Positions 54,736-63,591 of a stretch of DNA of 64,000 bases are shown here, piece after piece (within the stretch, counting starts at the first letter, position 1; each line of letters opens with the position of its first letter). The position numbers were made by a program, and so were the translations under genes. The notes beneath the pieces are model-generated. The model had not been told where the DNA came from, searched no databases, and saw only the letters and a list, made by a program, of their open reading frames with translations. Source of the stretch: Actinomycetota bacterium (GTDB lineage Bacteria > Actinomycetota > Thermoleophilia > UBA2241); NCBI GenBank assembly GCA_003132585.1, contig PKYG01000097.1, positions 1,790 through 65,789 of the forward strand. The letters run 5' to 3'.

Positions 54736-55866
54736 GTGACGATTGTGCCGTTCGTCGATCTTCGCGCGCAGGCGCGCGACCTGCACGACGAGTTCCACGA
54801 GGTGTTCGAGTCGGTCACCTCGCGCGCCGCCTACACGATGGGGCCGGAGCTCAAGGAGTTTGAGGCCGCCTTCGCCGCGTTCTGTGGCTGCGAATGCGCC
54901 GTTGGAGTCAGTTCGGGTACAGACGCGGTCAAGCTGGCGCTGCTCGGGGCGAATGTGCGACCGGGGGACGAGGTGTTTGTCCCAGCGAACACGTTCATCG
55001 CCACCGCCGAGGCCGTGAGCCACGTCGGCGCCGTGCCCGTGTTCGTCGACTGCCTGGAGGAGACGGCGCTGATGGACGCGGCCGCCCTGGAGGCGGCCGC
55101 TGCGGAGCACGAGGGCAGTGCCACGGCCGTCATACCGGTACACCTCTACGGCCAGCCGTGCGACATGGATGCGATCCAGGAGGTCGCCGACCGCCACGGG
55201 CTTGCGGTGGTGGAGGACGCCTGCCAGGCGCATGGAGCGACCTATAAGGGGCGGCCGTGCGGCAGCATGGGCGTCACGGCCGCCTTCAGCTTCTACCCGG
55301 GCAAGAACCTGGGAGCGCTCGGCGACGGCGGCGCGGTCACAACCAACAGCGCCGAGCTGGCCGAGCGCCTGCGCCTGCTGCGCAACCACGGCCAGGCCGA
55401 CAAATACACCCACACGCTGATCGGCTACTGCGACCGGTTGCACAACCTGCAGGCGGCGTTGTTGAGCGTGAAGCTAGCTCGTCTGGCCGGCTGGAACGAG
55501 GCGCGGCGAGCGGCCGCCGAACGCTACGCACGAACACTTCAAGCAATCGCGGGGGTACGGCCGATTGGCAGAAGCGACGATGCTACTCCTGTTTTTCACC
55601 TCTACGTCGTGCGCCTTCTCGGTCGGTCCGCCGCCTTCCGCGACGCCGTCCGCGAGCGCCTCGTCGAGGCGGGCGTGGAGAGCGGCATCCACTACCCCGT
55701 GCCGCTGCACCTGCAGCCCGCCTACGCGCATCTTGGCTACCGTCCGGGTGACTTCCCCGTGGCCGAGCGCCTGGCCGCCGAGATCCTCTCGCTGCCGATG
55801 TTCCCGGAGATCACGGAGGAGCAGCAGGACCATGTGGCCTCGGCATTGGCGGCGGCGCTGCACTGA
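54736..55866 (+). CDS. DegT/DnrJ/EryC1-family PLP-dependent sugar aminotransferase (WbpE/PglE-like).
   Basis: VSSGTDAVKLAL ... VEDACQAHGATYKG ... FSFYPGKNLGALGDGGAV (Lys present). Confidence 0.85.
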   Translation: MTIVPFVDLRAQARDLHDEFHEVFESVTSRAAYTMGPELKEFEAAFAAFCGCECAVGVSSGTDAVKLALLGANVRPGDEVFVPANTFIATAEAVSHVGAVPVFVDCLEETALMDAAALEAAAAEHEGSATAVIPVHLYGQPCDMDAIQEVADRHGLAVVEDACQAHGATYKGRPCGSMGVTAAFSFYPGKNLGALGDGGAVTTNSAELAERLRLLRNHGQADKYTHTLIGYCDRLHNLQAALLSVKLARLAGWNEARRAAAERYARTLQAIAGVRPIGRSDDATPVFHLYVVRLLGRSAAFRDAVRERLVEAGVESGIHYPVPLHLQPAYAHLGYRPGDFPVAERLAAEILSLPMFPEITEEQQDHVASALAAALH

Positions 55867-55869
55867 GGC

Positions 55870-55942
55870 TTGTACAAAACGGCGTTAGCCCTGTGACAAT
55901 ACTCTATTCTCCATCCGCAGCACCTGATATGCTGCATCTCCT
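55870..55942 (+). promoter_or_regulatory. AT-richer intergenic stretch upstream of the phosphoglycosyl transferase. Candidate promoter (TTGTAC ... ~18 nt ... GACAAT/AATACT).
   Basis: Locally low GC relative to surroundings. Hexamers only loosely match sigma-70 consensus. Confidence 0.2.
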
Positions 55943-57433
55943 TTGCCTAGGCGGCAACACACGCGCCGGGGGACACTGCTGCACAGGGGACCAAGAGTGA
56001 TCAGGAGACTGCCGCGCATCGTCGGTTCTGCCATCTTGGATGGCACAGCGCTCGCTGCCGCCTACTTCATCGCCCTCGCTATCCGCGACGGCATGCCTTC
56101 CGGGCAGTACCTCTCGCAGGGCACCTACGTCACCGACTGGTCGCTCTGCGTCATGCTCGTGGCCACCGCGGTCTCCTTCGCCGCCTTCGGCCTGTACACG
56201 GCCGAGGTCTACGTGTACCGGCCGCTGCTGCTCCGCACGCTCGTCAAGGGCTGGGCCAGCGCGCTCATCGTCTCCGCGGTCACGGTGTACTTCGTTAAGT
56301 CGCCCCACATAAACCAGTCGCGCTTCCTGCTGCTCGCCACCTTCGGCCTGTTCGCGCTGTTCAGTGCCTTGCTGCGCCTGTCGATCCATGCCCGCGCGTA
56401 CCGGCGCAAGGTCGCCGAGCAGAAGCCGATAGTGTTGGTGGTCGGCCAGTCGGCGCGCTCAGAAGTGCTCAAGAGCCACCTCAGCGATCTTTGCGGCTTC
56501 AGCCGCTGGAAGGCCATTGTCTGCCCAGGCGGCGCTCGCGAGTACTCTCTCGCGGTCACGGCGGCCCTCGACGGCGCGGCCGCTAACGGTCGCGTCGTGC
56601 AGGCCGTCATCATCGACGTGGGTGGCATGCCGTTGCAGGGCGTGCTGCCGGTGGTGCAGCAGGTACGCGCACGCCGCTGCTGCGAGGTCTACATGCTCTC
56701 CGAGCTTGCCTGGCCCTTGCGACCTACGCCGCTGCTCGGCGAGCTCTTCGCGGCACCGGTGGTGCGCGTGCGCCGTCGGGCGCCCAACGGCGCCGAGCGC
56801 CGCGCCAAGCGCGTGCTCGACATCCTGCTCTCGTCACTGGGTCTCGCCGCTTTCGCCCTGCCCATGGGCGCCATCGCGGTGGCGATCGAGCTCAGCTCGC
56901 CCGGCCCGCTCTTCCACCGCCAGGAGCGCATCGGTCTGCGCGGCCGCAGCTTCCACTTCGTCAAGTTCCGCAGCATGGTGGTCGGCGACCACCAGCAGCG
57001 CCACCGTGAGTACGTGCAGGCGCTGATCGCCGGTGAAACGGAAGGGTGTGATCAGGGGGACCCGGAGGAGCACGTCAGGGTCCTCAAGATGACCGAGGAC
57101 GATCACGTTACACGGGTGGGCCGCTTCCTCCGCCGCTATTCGCTCGATGAGCTGCCACAGCTCTGGAACGTGCTGCGCGGCGACATGAGCCTGGTGGGGC
57201 CGCGCCCGCCGCTTCCTTACGAGGTCGACGCCTACACCGGCTGGCACCGCCAGCGGCTGCAGTCGCTGCCCGGCCTCAGCGGCCTGTGGCAGGTCGGCGG
57301 CCGTAGTCGCGTCACCTTCGACGAGATGGTCTTCCAGGACCTGCTGTATGCCACCAACCAATCGCCGCTGCTCGACCTGGCCATCTGCCTGCGCACGGTG
57401 CCGGCGATCATCAATGGCCACGGGGCAGCGTGA
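55943..57433 (+). CDS. Polyprenyl-phosphate glycosyl-1-phosphate transferase (WbaP/WcaJ 'bacterial sugar transferase' family), initiating enzyme.
   Basis: N-terminal TM helices plus C-terminal KRVLDILLSSLGLAAFALP...SPGPLFHRQERIGLRGRSFHFVKFRSM...DELPQLWNVLRGDMSLVGPRP. Start TTG 55943 or GTG 55997. Confidence 0.8.
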   Translation: MPRRQHTRRGTLLHRGPRVIRRLPRIVGSAILDGTALAAAYFIALAIRDGMPSGQYLSQGTYVTDWSLCVMLVATAVSFAAFGLYTAEVYVYRPLLLRTLVKGWASALIVSAVTVYFVKSPHINQSRFLLLATFGLFALFSALLRLSIHARAYRRKVAEQKPIVLVVGQSARSEVLKSHLSDLCGFSRWKAIVCPGGAREYSLAVTAALDGAAANGRVVQAVIIDVGGMPLQGVLPVVQQVRARRCCEVYMLSELAWPLRPTPLLGELFAAPVVRVRRRAPNGAERRAKRVLDILLSSLGLAAFALPMGAIAVAIELSSPGPLFHRQERIGLRGRSFHFVKFRSMVVGDHQQRHREYVQALIAGETEGCDQGDPEEHVRVLKMTEDDHVTRVGRFLRRYSLDELPQLWNVLRGDMSLVGPRPPLPYEVDAYTGWHRQRLQSLPGLSGLWQVGGRSRVTFDEMVFQDLLYATNQSPLLDLAICLRTVPAIINGHGAA

Positions 57434-57455
57434 TCGTGTCGTGAGCCTTGATCAA

Positions 57456-58481
57456 GTGAAGACGCTAGCGCTCATCGGCTCTGGCTACTGGGGACCCAAC
57501 CTATTACGCAACTACATGGACATCCCCGATGTGAACCTCAAGTGGGTCTGCGATCTGCTCCCGGCGGTTCTCGACAAAGCACATAGCCTCTGTCCGACGG
57601 TACAGACGACCACCTCGGTCGACGATGTGCTCCGCGACCCCGAGGTAGACGGCGTGCTCATCGCCACGCCCATCGGTACGCACTATCAGCTCAGCAAGGC
57701 AGCCCTGCTTGCCGGCAAGCACGTGTTCGTAGAGAAGCCGCTCACCACGTCGGCCACGCAGTGCGCCGATCTCACGGTGCTCGCCGCCGAGCGGAAGCTC
57801 ACGCTCATGGTGGGCCACACCTTCATCTACAGCCCGCCGGTGCGCAAGGTCAAGGAGCTCATCGATGCGGGCGAGCTCGGCGAGGTGCGTTTTGTGACCA
57901 TGCAGCGCGTCAACCTCGGTCTGCACCAGAAAGACGCCAGCGTCATCTGGGACCTCGCCGCTCACGACCTGTCCATCCTCGACTACTGGCTGGAGGAGAT
58001 GCCCTGCGTCGTCGACTCCATCGGTCGCGACTGCATGCGTAACGGCATTCCGGACGTCGCCTTTGTCAACCTGCAGTACCCCTCCGGCGTGGTGGCTCAG
58101 GTCACTGTCTCCTGGCTCTCTCCCGTCAAGCTGCGGCGCACCGTGGTGGTCGGGGACCGCAAGATGCTCGTCTACGACGACACGGAGCCGGTGGAGAAAG
58201 TCAAGGTGTTCGACCACGGCGCTGAGTTCAAGGAACCGGAGTCGTTCGCCGAGTTCCAGATGGTCTACCGCACCGGCGACATCATCAGCCCGAAGATCGG
58301 CAACGCGGAGCCGCTACGGCTAGAGGCCGAGCACTTCCTGGACTGCATCGGCAATGGGCACAACCCGATCACCAACGGTGAGATGGGCCTGCGCGTGGTC
58401 GCCGTCTTGGAGGCCGCCGATGCCTCCTTGCGCGAAGGCGTCCGCAAGACCGTCGAGCTCGGACCGAGCGTCCTTGCCTGA
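57456..58481 (+). CDS. Gfo/Idh/MocA-family NAD(P)-dependent oxidoreductase (WbpB-like nucleotide-sugar 3-dehydrogenase candidate).
   Basis: Start chosen at GTG 57456, giving MKTLALIGSGYWGPN Rossmann N-terminus. Downstream HVFVEKPL, MVGHTFIY typical of the family. Confidence 0.7.
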   Translation: MKTLALIGSGYWGPNLLRNYMDIPDVNLKWVCDLLPAVLDKAHSLCPTVQTTTSVDDVLRDPEVDGVLIATPIGTHYQLSKAALLAGKHVFVEKPLTTSATQCADLTVLAAERKLTLMVGHTFIYSPPVRKVKELIDAGELGEVRFVTMQRVNLGLHQKDASVIWDLAAHDLSILDYWLEEMPCVVDSIGRDCMRNGIPDVAFVNLQYPSGVVAQVTVSWLSPVKLRRTVVVGDRKMLVYDDTEPVEKVKVFDHGAEFKEPESFAEFQMVYRTGDIISPKIGNAEPLRLEAEHFLDCIGNGHNPITNGEMGLRVVAVLEAADASLREGVRKTVELGPSVLA

Positions 58482-58506
58482 GCCCGCCGTATACGACGGG
58501 GTACAG

Positions 58507-59145
58507 GTGGCGCCGGGCGTGGTCATCGGACCGGGCGCCGACCTGCAGGCACCCTGCATCCTCGGCAAGGCGCCACGCGGGGCGGCCGACGGAGAGCTGC
58601 CGCTCGTCATCGGCGCCAACGCCGTCGTTCGGCCCTTCACCACGATCTATGCCGGCAGCACCTTCGGCGATCGCCTGCAGACCGGCCAGGGCGCCAGCAT
58701 CCGCGAAGACAACGTCGTCGCCGACGACGTCTCTATCGGCGCCAATGCCGTTCTGGAGTTCGGAAACAGAATAGGCAGCCGGGTGCGCATCCACTCCGGC
58801 TGCTTCCTCGAGATGGTGACGATCGAAGACGACGTGTTCGTAGGTCCCCACGTCGTCTTCACCGACGACCCTCACCCCATGAACTGTCCGCGCTACAAAG
58901 ACTGCAAGGGTGGCCCGGTGGTGCGCCGTCTGGCCCGCATCGGTGCCAATGTCACCATCCTGCCGGGTGTGGTCGTCGGCGAGAACGCTCTCGTGGGGGC
59001 CGGCTCGGTCGTTGTCGACGATGTCCCGCCGGGGGCCGTCGTCGTCGGCAACCCGGCCCGGGTGGTCAAGTACGTCGGCGACCTCACCTGCGGTCCAGGC
59101 CTTGTCGCCAGGCCCTTCGACTGGCCCCCGTACGCGGGCGTGTGA
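58507..59145 (+). CDS. Hexapeptide-repeat acetyltransferase (WbpD-like amino-sugar N-acetyltransferase candidate).
   Basis: Left-handed beta-helix repeats (VVIGPGADL, VIGANAVVRPFTTI, SIGANAVLEFGNRIGSRVRIHSGCFL, ARIGANVTILPGVVVGENALVGAGSVV). GTG 58507 with GACGGGG SD. Confidence 0.7.
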   Translation: MAPGVVIGPGADLQAPCILGKAPRGAADGELPLVIGANAVVRPFTTIYAGSTFGDRLQTGQGASIREDNVVADDVSIGANAVLEFGNRIGSRVRIHSGCFLEMVTIEDDVFVGPHVVFTDDPHPMNCPRYKDCKGGPVVRRLARIGANVTILPGVVVGENALVGAGSVVVDDVPPGAVVVGNPARVVKYVGDLTCGPGLVARPFDWPPYAGV

Positions 59146-59240
59146 CGGCATGCTGCTACTGATAGGATGATGATGCTTCATCCCTCGATCCCCCGGAGAT
59201 CAGCTTGACTGAGGTGAACGGCCTCAACGGTGAGCCGCAG

Positions 59241-60878
59241 GGCATGACACTACGCGACTACGCTCAGGTGATCGTGCGGCGACTGTGGCTGATTCTCCTC
59301 ATCGTCGCGGTCGCCACCGGCGCGGCGTTCTTCTTCTCCTCGCGACAGACGAAGATGTACGCGGCGACCGCCAAGATCATGTACACGGCCTCGCTCAATG
59401 TGGCCGATCCGCTGACCGGGCAATCCTATGTCGATCCGAATGCGCGGGCAGCCGATCTGGCGAGCGTCGCCACCGTCATCAGCAGCCCAGACATGCAGCA
59501 GCGCGGTGCCGCCTTGGTGCGCACGCAGGAGCCTGCGCCCGCCGCATTCAGCGTCACGGCCGTGGTGCAGAGTGACAGCACCACCGTGAACACGGGCACG
59601 AACACGGTCGTCGACATCAACGGCACCAGCAGCGCCCCCGCGACAGCCGAGATCGCCGCCAACGCCTATGCGAAATCGTTCATCGAGTGGCGCAAGGAGA
59701 TAGAGAGAGCGCAGATCGGCAGCGCGCTCGATGCGTTGAAGACGCGCATGGCCGAGTTCAAGACGGCCGTCGCCCAACAAAGCACCGAGTACCTCATCCT
59801 CGTCCAGCGCGTCCAGGACCTGGAGATCCGCAAGGCAACGGTCACGGGCAACTTCAGCTTCGTCGTGCCCGCCTCGCTGCCTGCGGCGCCGTACGCACCG
59901 AAACCGCTGCGCAGCGCCATCCTCGGCCTGGCCGTGGGCCTCTTCGCCGCCATCGGCCTCGCCTTCCTGCTCGAGCAGCTCGACACGAGCATCCGCACCG
60001 AGGATCGGCTCCTCGGCATCATGCGCCAGCCGATCCTCGGGCGCATCCCGCGCATCGCCAAGAAGGCGCTCGAGCACGGCGTGCTGCTCACGATCAGCGC
60101 GCCGACCAGCGCGGCGGCGGAGGCGTTTCGCATGCTGCGCAGCAACCTCGACTTCACGCAGGTCGACGGCGATCTTTCGTCGGTGCTCGTGACCAGCTCG
60201 GTGCAGGGCGAGGGCAAGTCCGTCACCGCCTGCAACCTCGGCGTCTCGCTGGCGCTTGCCGGCAAGCGCATCGTCGTCGTCGACGGCGACCTGCGTCGGC
60301 CACGCGTGCACGCCTACTTCGGTCTCAGCAACGAGACTGGCGTCTCCACCGTGGCCTCGGGCAGGACCAAGCTCACCGACGCCCTGCAAGCCGTGTGGCT
60401 GCGGCCGGGCAACGACAACGGACCGGCCGCCGCCGCGTCGCTCGCCGACGGCGGCTCGGCGAACGTCCCGAAGCTGTACGTGCTGTCCAGCGGCCCGCTG
60501 CCGCCGAACCCCGGCGAGGTCGTCGCCTCCAAGCGCTTCGCGGCGATCGTCAAGCAGCTCGAGCGGGAGGCCGACCTTGTCATCGTCGACTCGCCGGCGA
60601 TGCTCGCCGTGGGCGACACGGCGGAGTTGGCGAGCAAGGTCGACGGCATGGTCTACCTCGTCGACATGAAGCTCATGCGCCGTCCGATGTTGGAGGAGGC
60701 GGTACGCCGGCTCGGCCAGGTGCCCTGCCGCAAGCTGGGGCTCGTCGTCATCCGTCACTCTCAGAACTCGGCCTACTACCGCCGGCACTACTACTACTAC
60801 ACGTACGGCCAGGACGGCGGCAAGCAGGTCAAGTCGCGCTTCGGCGAGAAGCGGGAGAAGGCGCCGGTCGAGTCGTAG
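59241..60878 (+). CDS. Polysaccharide co-polymerase / tyrosine autokinase (Wzc/BY-kinase-like: Wzz-type periplasmic domain plus P-loop kinase plus Tyr cluster).
   Basis: N-terminal TM plus coiled region. Walker A-like SSVQGEGKSV, VVVDGDLRRP, DLVIVDSPA. C-terminal YYRRHYYYYTYGQ. Alt start TTG 59205. Confidence 0.8.
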   Translation, partial: GMTLRDYAQVIVRRLWLILLIVAVATGAAFFFSSRQTKMYAATAKIMYTASLNVADPLTGQSYVDPNARAADLASVATVISSPDMQQRGAALVRTQEPAPAAFSVTAVVQSDSTTVNTGTNTVVDINGTSSAPATAEIAANAYAKSFIEWRKEIERAQIGSALDALKTRMAEFKTAVAQQSTEYLILVQRVQDLEIRKATVTGNFSFVVPASLPAAPYAPKPLRSAILGLAVGLFAAIGLAFLLEQLDTSIRTEDRLLGIMRQPILGRIPRIAKKALEHGVLLTISAPTSAAAEAFRMLRSNLDFTQVDGDLSSVLVTSSVQGEGKSVTACNLGVSLALAGKRIVVVDGDLRRPRVHAYFGLSNETGVSTVASGRTKLTDALQAVWLRPGNDNGPAAAASLADGGSANVPKLYVLSSGPLPPNPGEVVASKRFAAIVKQLEREADLVIVDSPAMLAVGDTAELASKVDGMVYLVDMKLMRRPMLEEAVRRLGQVPCRKLGLVVIRHSQNSAYYRRHYYYYTYGQDGGKQVKSRFGEKREKAPVES

Positions 60879-60932
60879 CCGATCTCGCTCTTGCTGCCGG
60901 TCACGACCGAAGTTGTCACGCTGTTGCTTTCG

Positions 60933-62402
60933 TCAGTACGCGCCGCGGCTCGAGAAAACGGTCCCCAGCGTCTTGAAGAAGATCGCGATATCGGTGCCCA
61001 GCGACCACGTGTCGATGTAGTGGAAGTCGAGCGTCACCATGTCGTCGAAGCCGAGGTTGCTGCGCCCGCTGATCTGCCACAGGCCGGTGAGACCGGGCAG
61101 TACCACGTGACGGCGCTTGCACCAGTCCTCCATCAGGCGGTTGTCGCGCAGCGACAGCGGTCGCGGCCCCACGATGCTCATGTCGCCCTTGAGCACGTTG
61201 AAGAGCTGTGGTAGCTCGTCGAGACTGAAGCGCCGCAGCGTACGACCGGCGCGTGTGATCCGCGGATCGCCGGTCATCTTGAAGATCGCTCCCGTCGCCT
61301 CGTTGAGCTCCTCGAGCTCGGCCTGCCGGACGTCGGCGTTGGCGTGCATGGTGCGGAACTTGTAGCACTTGAAGAGGCGCTGCCCGAGGCCGACGCGCTC
61401 GCTTGCATAGATCACCGGACCCGGAGAGGTGAGCTTGACGACGAGAGCGACGGCGAGCAGAAGCGGTGCTGCGACGACGACCATCAGCGACGCGAAGAGC
61501 AGGTCCATCGCGCGCTTGGCGACGAACTGGCTGGCGCGACTCGGTGGTCCGCTCACCGCGAACAGCGGCGAGGAGAAACCGGGGAGGAAGGCGACGCGCT
61601 CCGGCGCGAGGTCGCTGGGCGGCGCCACTTTGAGCGTCACATGGCGCCGCTGGCAACTGAAGATGATCCCCTCCAGGTACTCGCGCACGAGGTCCGTGTC
61701 GGCGAGCACGACCTCGTCCGGCATGTGTTGTTCGAGGATGTCGTCAAAACGCTCGAGCGCTCCCAGCGACGGCAGGCCGGTGAGCTCCTGCCAGCGCCGC
61801 GGCAGCGGCGTGTCGCTGAGCACGCCGAGCAGCTTGTAGCGCATGCCGGGCGTTGCCGCCGGCAGCATCTCGCGCACGCGCTCGCACTCCACGGCCGAGC
61901 CGACGAGGACCACACGGCGAACGTCGAGGCCTGGTCCGAGGAACGCGTCGAGCATCAGGTCATAGGCTCGCCGGAGACTCAGGAAGACGATCACGGCGAG
62001 CAGCCACATAAGCAGCAGCGAGCCGCTCGTCACGTGCGTTGCGAAGACGCCAAGGAGCAGGGCGAGGATGAAGAGCACCCAGAACGCCGCGTGCATAACG
62101 CGCAGCCGGTTGCGGCGAGTCCCACGCAGGCCGTAGAGCCCGAGCCCGCCGGCGACTGCCACGGTGAGCACCGCGGCCATCAGCACCGCCGGCATCGACG
62201 GCGGCGTGACGTGCAGGCGCGGGATGCGGTTCCAAAGAGGGTCGGCGGCATAGGCGGCGACAAAGACGGCGGCGACGTCGAAGAGGACCAACGCGAGAAT
62301 GCTCAGCGTGCGGCCCAGGACGAACTGGTGGAGGATCGCGTCGACCGACACGCGGTAGGGCGATCGGACATCGCGATCGAGAACTACTTCGCGGACAGAC
62401 AC
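60933..62402 (-). CDS. Second polyprenyl-phosphate glycosyl-1-phosphate transferase (WbaP/WcaJ family).
   Basis: AKRAMDLLFASLMVVVAAPLLL...SPGPVIYASERVGLGQRLFKCYKFRTM...DELPQLFNVLKGDMSIVGPRP. GTG start at 62402. Confidence 0.8.
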   Translation of the reverse strand: MSVREVVLDRDVRSPYRVSVDAILHQFVLGRTLSILALVLFDVAAVFVAAYAADPLWNRIPRLHVTPPSMPAVLMAAVLTVAVAGGLGLYGLRGTRRNRLRVMHAAFWVLFILALLLGVFATHVTSGSLLLMWLLAVIVFLSLRRAYDLMLDAFLGPGLDVRRVVLVGSAVECERVREMLPAATPGMRYKLLGVLSDTPLPRRWQELTGLPSLGALERFDDILEQHMPDEVVLADTDLVREYLEGIIFSCQRRHVTLKVAPPSDLAPERVAFLPGFSSPLFAVSGPPSRASQFVAKRAMDLLFASLMVVVAAPLLLAVALVVKLTSPGPVIYASERVGLGQRLFKCYKFRTMHANADVRQAELEELNEATGAIFKMTGDPRITRAGRTLRRFSLDELPQLFNVLKGDMSIVGPRPLSLRDNRLMEDWCKRRHVVLPGLTGLWQISGRSNLGFDDMVTLDFHYIDTWSLGTDIAIFFKTLGTVFSSRGAY

Positions 62403-62612
62403 TGTTCCCGCTTCTTTCCGCCGAGAGAGGCCCCTCAGCCCGCGCTAAGGGGTCCCAACATTATATGCACGCTACCTGCGCGCGACAAGAAAACCGCGAA
62501 GCGTTGGCCCAAATGGCGTTTACTGCGCTGGCGACACGCAGCGGCGCGAGCGCCCATCGCGCTGCCTGTCATATCCCTCCGGCGCGGGTGACGCTCTGGT
62601 ACAATCGCGGCG

Positions 62613-63581
62613 ATGTCGAGCCTCACCCGCATCCTCGTCGCCGGTCACACCGGCCTTGTCGGCAGCGCCGTCGTGCGCGCCCTGCACGCGCGTGGCTACG
62701 AGAATCTCGTCTGCCGCGACATCGCCGATGTCGATCTGACCAATCAAGCCGCCACGCGCGCTCTTTTCGCCGAGGAGCGTCCCGACGTCGTCGTGCTCGC
62801 CGCCGCCAAGGTCGGCGGCATCCTCGCCAACTCGGAGCAGCCCTACGAGTTCATCGACGTCAACCTCGGCATCGAGCTCAACGTCGTCGGCGAGGCGTTC
62901 CGTCACGAGGTCAAGCGGCTGATCTTCCTCGGCAGCTCCTGCATCTATCCCAAACTGGCGCCGCAGCCGCTCAAGGAGGAGTTCCTCCTGACCGGCCTGC
63001 TCGAGGAGACGAACCGCGCGTATGCGATCGCCAAGATCGCCGGCATCGAGCTGTGCCGCAGTCTCAACCGTGAGTACGGCACCGACTACCTGTCGCTGAT
63101 GCCGACCAACCTTTACGGCCCCGGCGACAACTTCGATCTGAAGACGAGCCACGTGCTCCCGGCGATGATCCGCAAGTTCCACGAGGCCAAGCTCGGCCTG
63201 CCGGACGAAGAGGGGCGCGAGCGCGCGCCGCAGTCGGCGGTCGTCCTGTGGGGGAGCGGCACGCCGCGGCGCGAGCTGCTGCACGTCGACGACCTCGCCG
63301 CGGCGATCGTCTTCCTGCTCGAGGGCGTGCATGCCGGCGACGTGCCCGACGCGCTGGTCAACGTCGGCACAAGTCGCGACCAGACCATCCGCGACCTGGC
63401 CGCCATCGTCCAGCGCGTCGTCGGCCACACCGGCCCGGTCGAATGGGACGCCAGCCGGCCCGACGGCGCGCCACAGAAACTGCTCGACGTGAGCCGCATC
63501 ACGGCGCTGGGCTGGACGCCGACGATCGGGCTCGAAGAGGGCATCCGTAGCACCTACGAGTGGTACTGCGCGCGAGCTTGA
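62613..63581 (+). CDS. fcl: GDP-L-fucose synthase (GDP-4-keto-6-deoxy-D-mannose 3,5-epimerase/4-reductase).
   Basis: [15 protein letters not shown]...LGSSCIYP...[12 protein letters not shown]...[15 protein letters not shown], the characteristic Fcl motifs. Confidence 0.85.
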   Translation: MSSLTRILVAGHTGLVGSAVVRALHARGYENLVCRDIADVDLTNQAATRALFAEERPDVVVLAAAKVGGILANSEQPYEFIDVNLGIELNVVGEAFRHEVKRLIFLGSSCIYPKLAPQPLKEEFLLTGLLEETNRAYAIAKIAGIELCRSLNREYGTDYLSLMPTNLYGPGDNFDLKTSHVLPAMIRKFHEAKLGLPDEEGRERAPQSAVVLWGSGTPRRELLHVDDLAAAIVFLLEGVHAGDVPDALVNVGTSRDQTIRDLAAIVQRVVGHTGPVEWDASRPDGAPQKLLDVSRITALGWTPTIGLEEGIRSTYEWYCARA

Positions 63582-63591
63582 GGAGGGCGCG

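Noticed and set aside
60916-62591. Plus-strand ORFs (60916..61656 on minus; 61344..62591 plus) overlapping the second PGT gene.
   Set aside because: Low-complexity antisense or off-frame translations. The minus-strand PGT has the full WbaP catalytic motif set.
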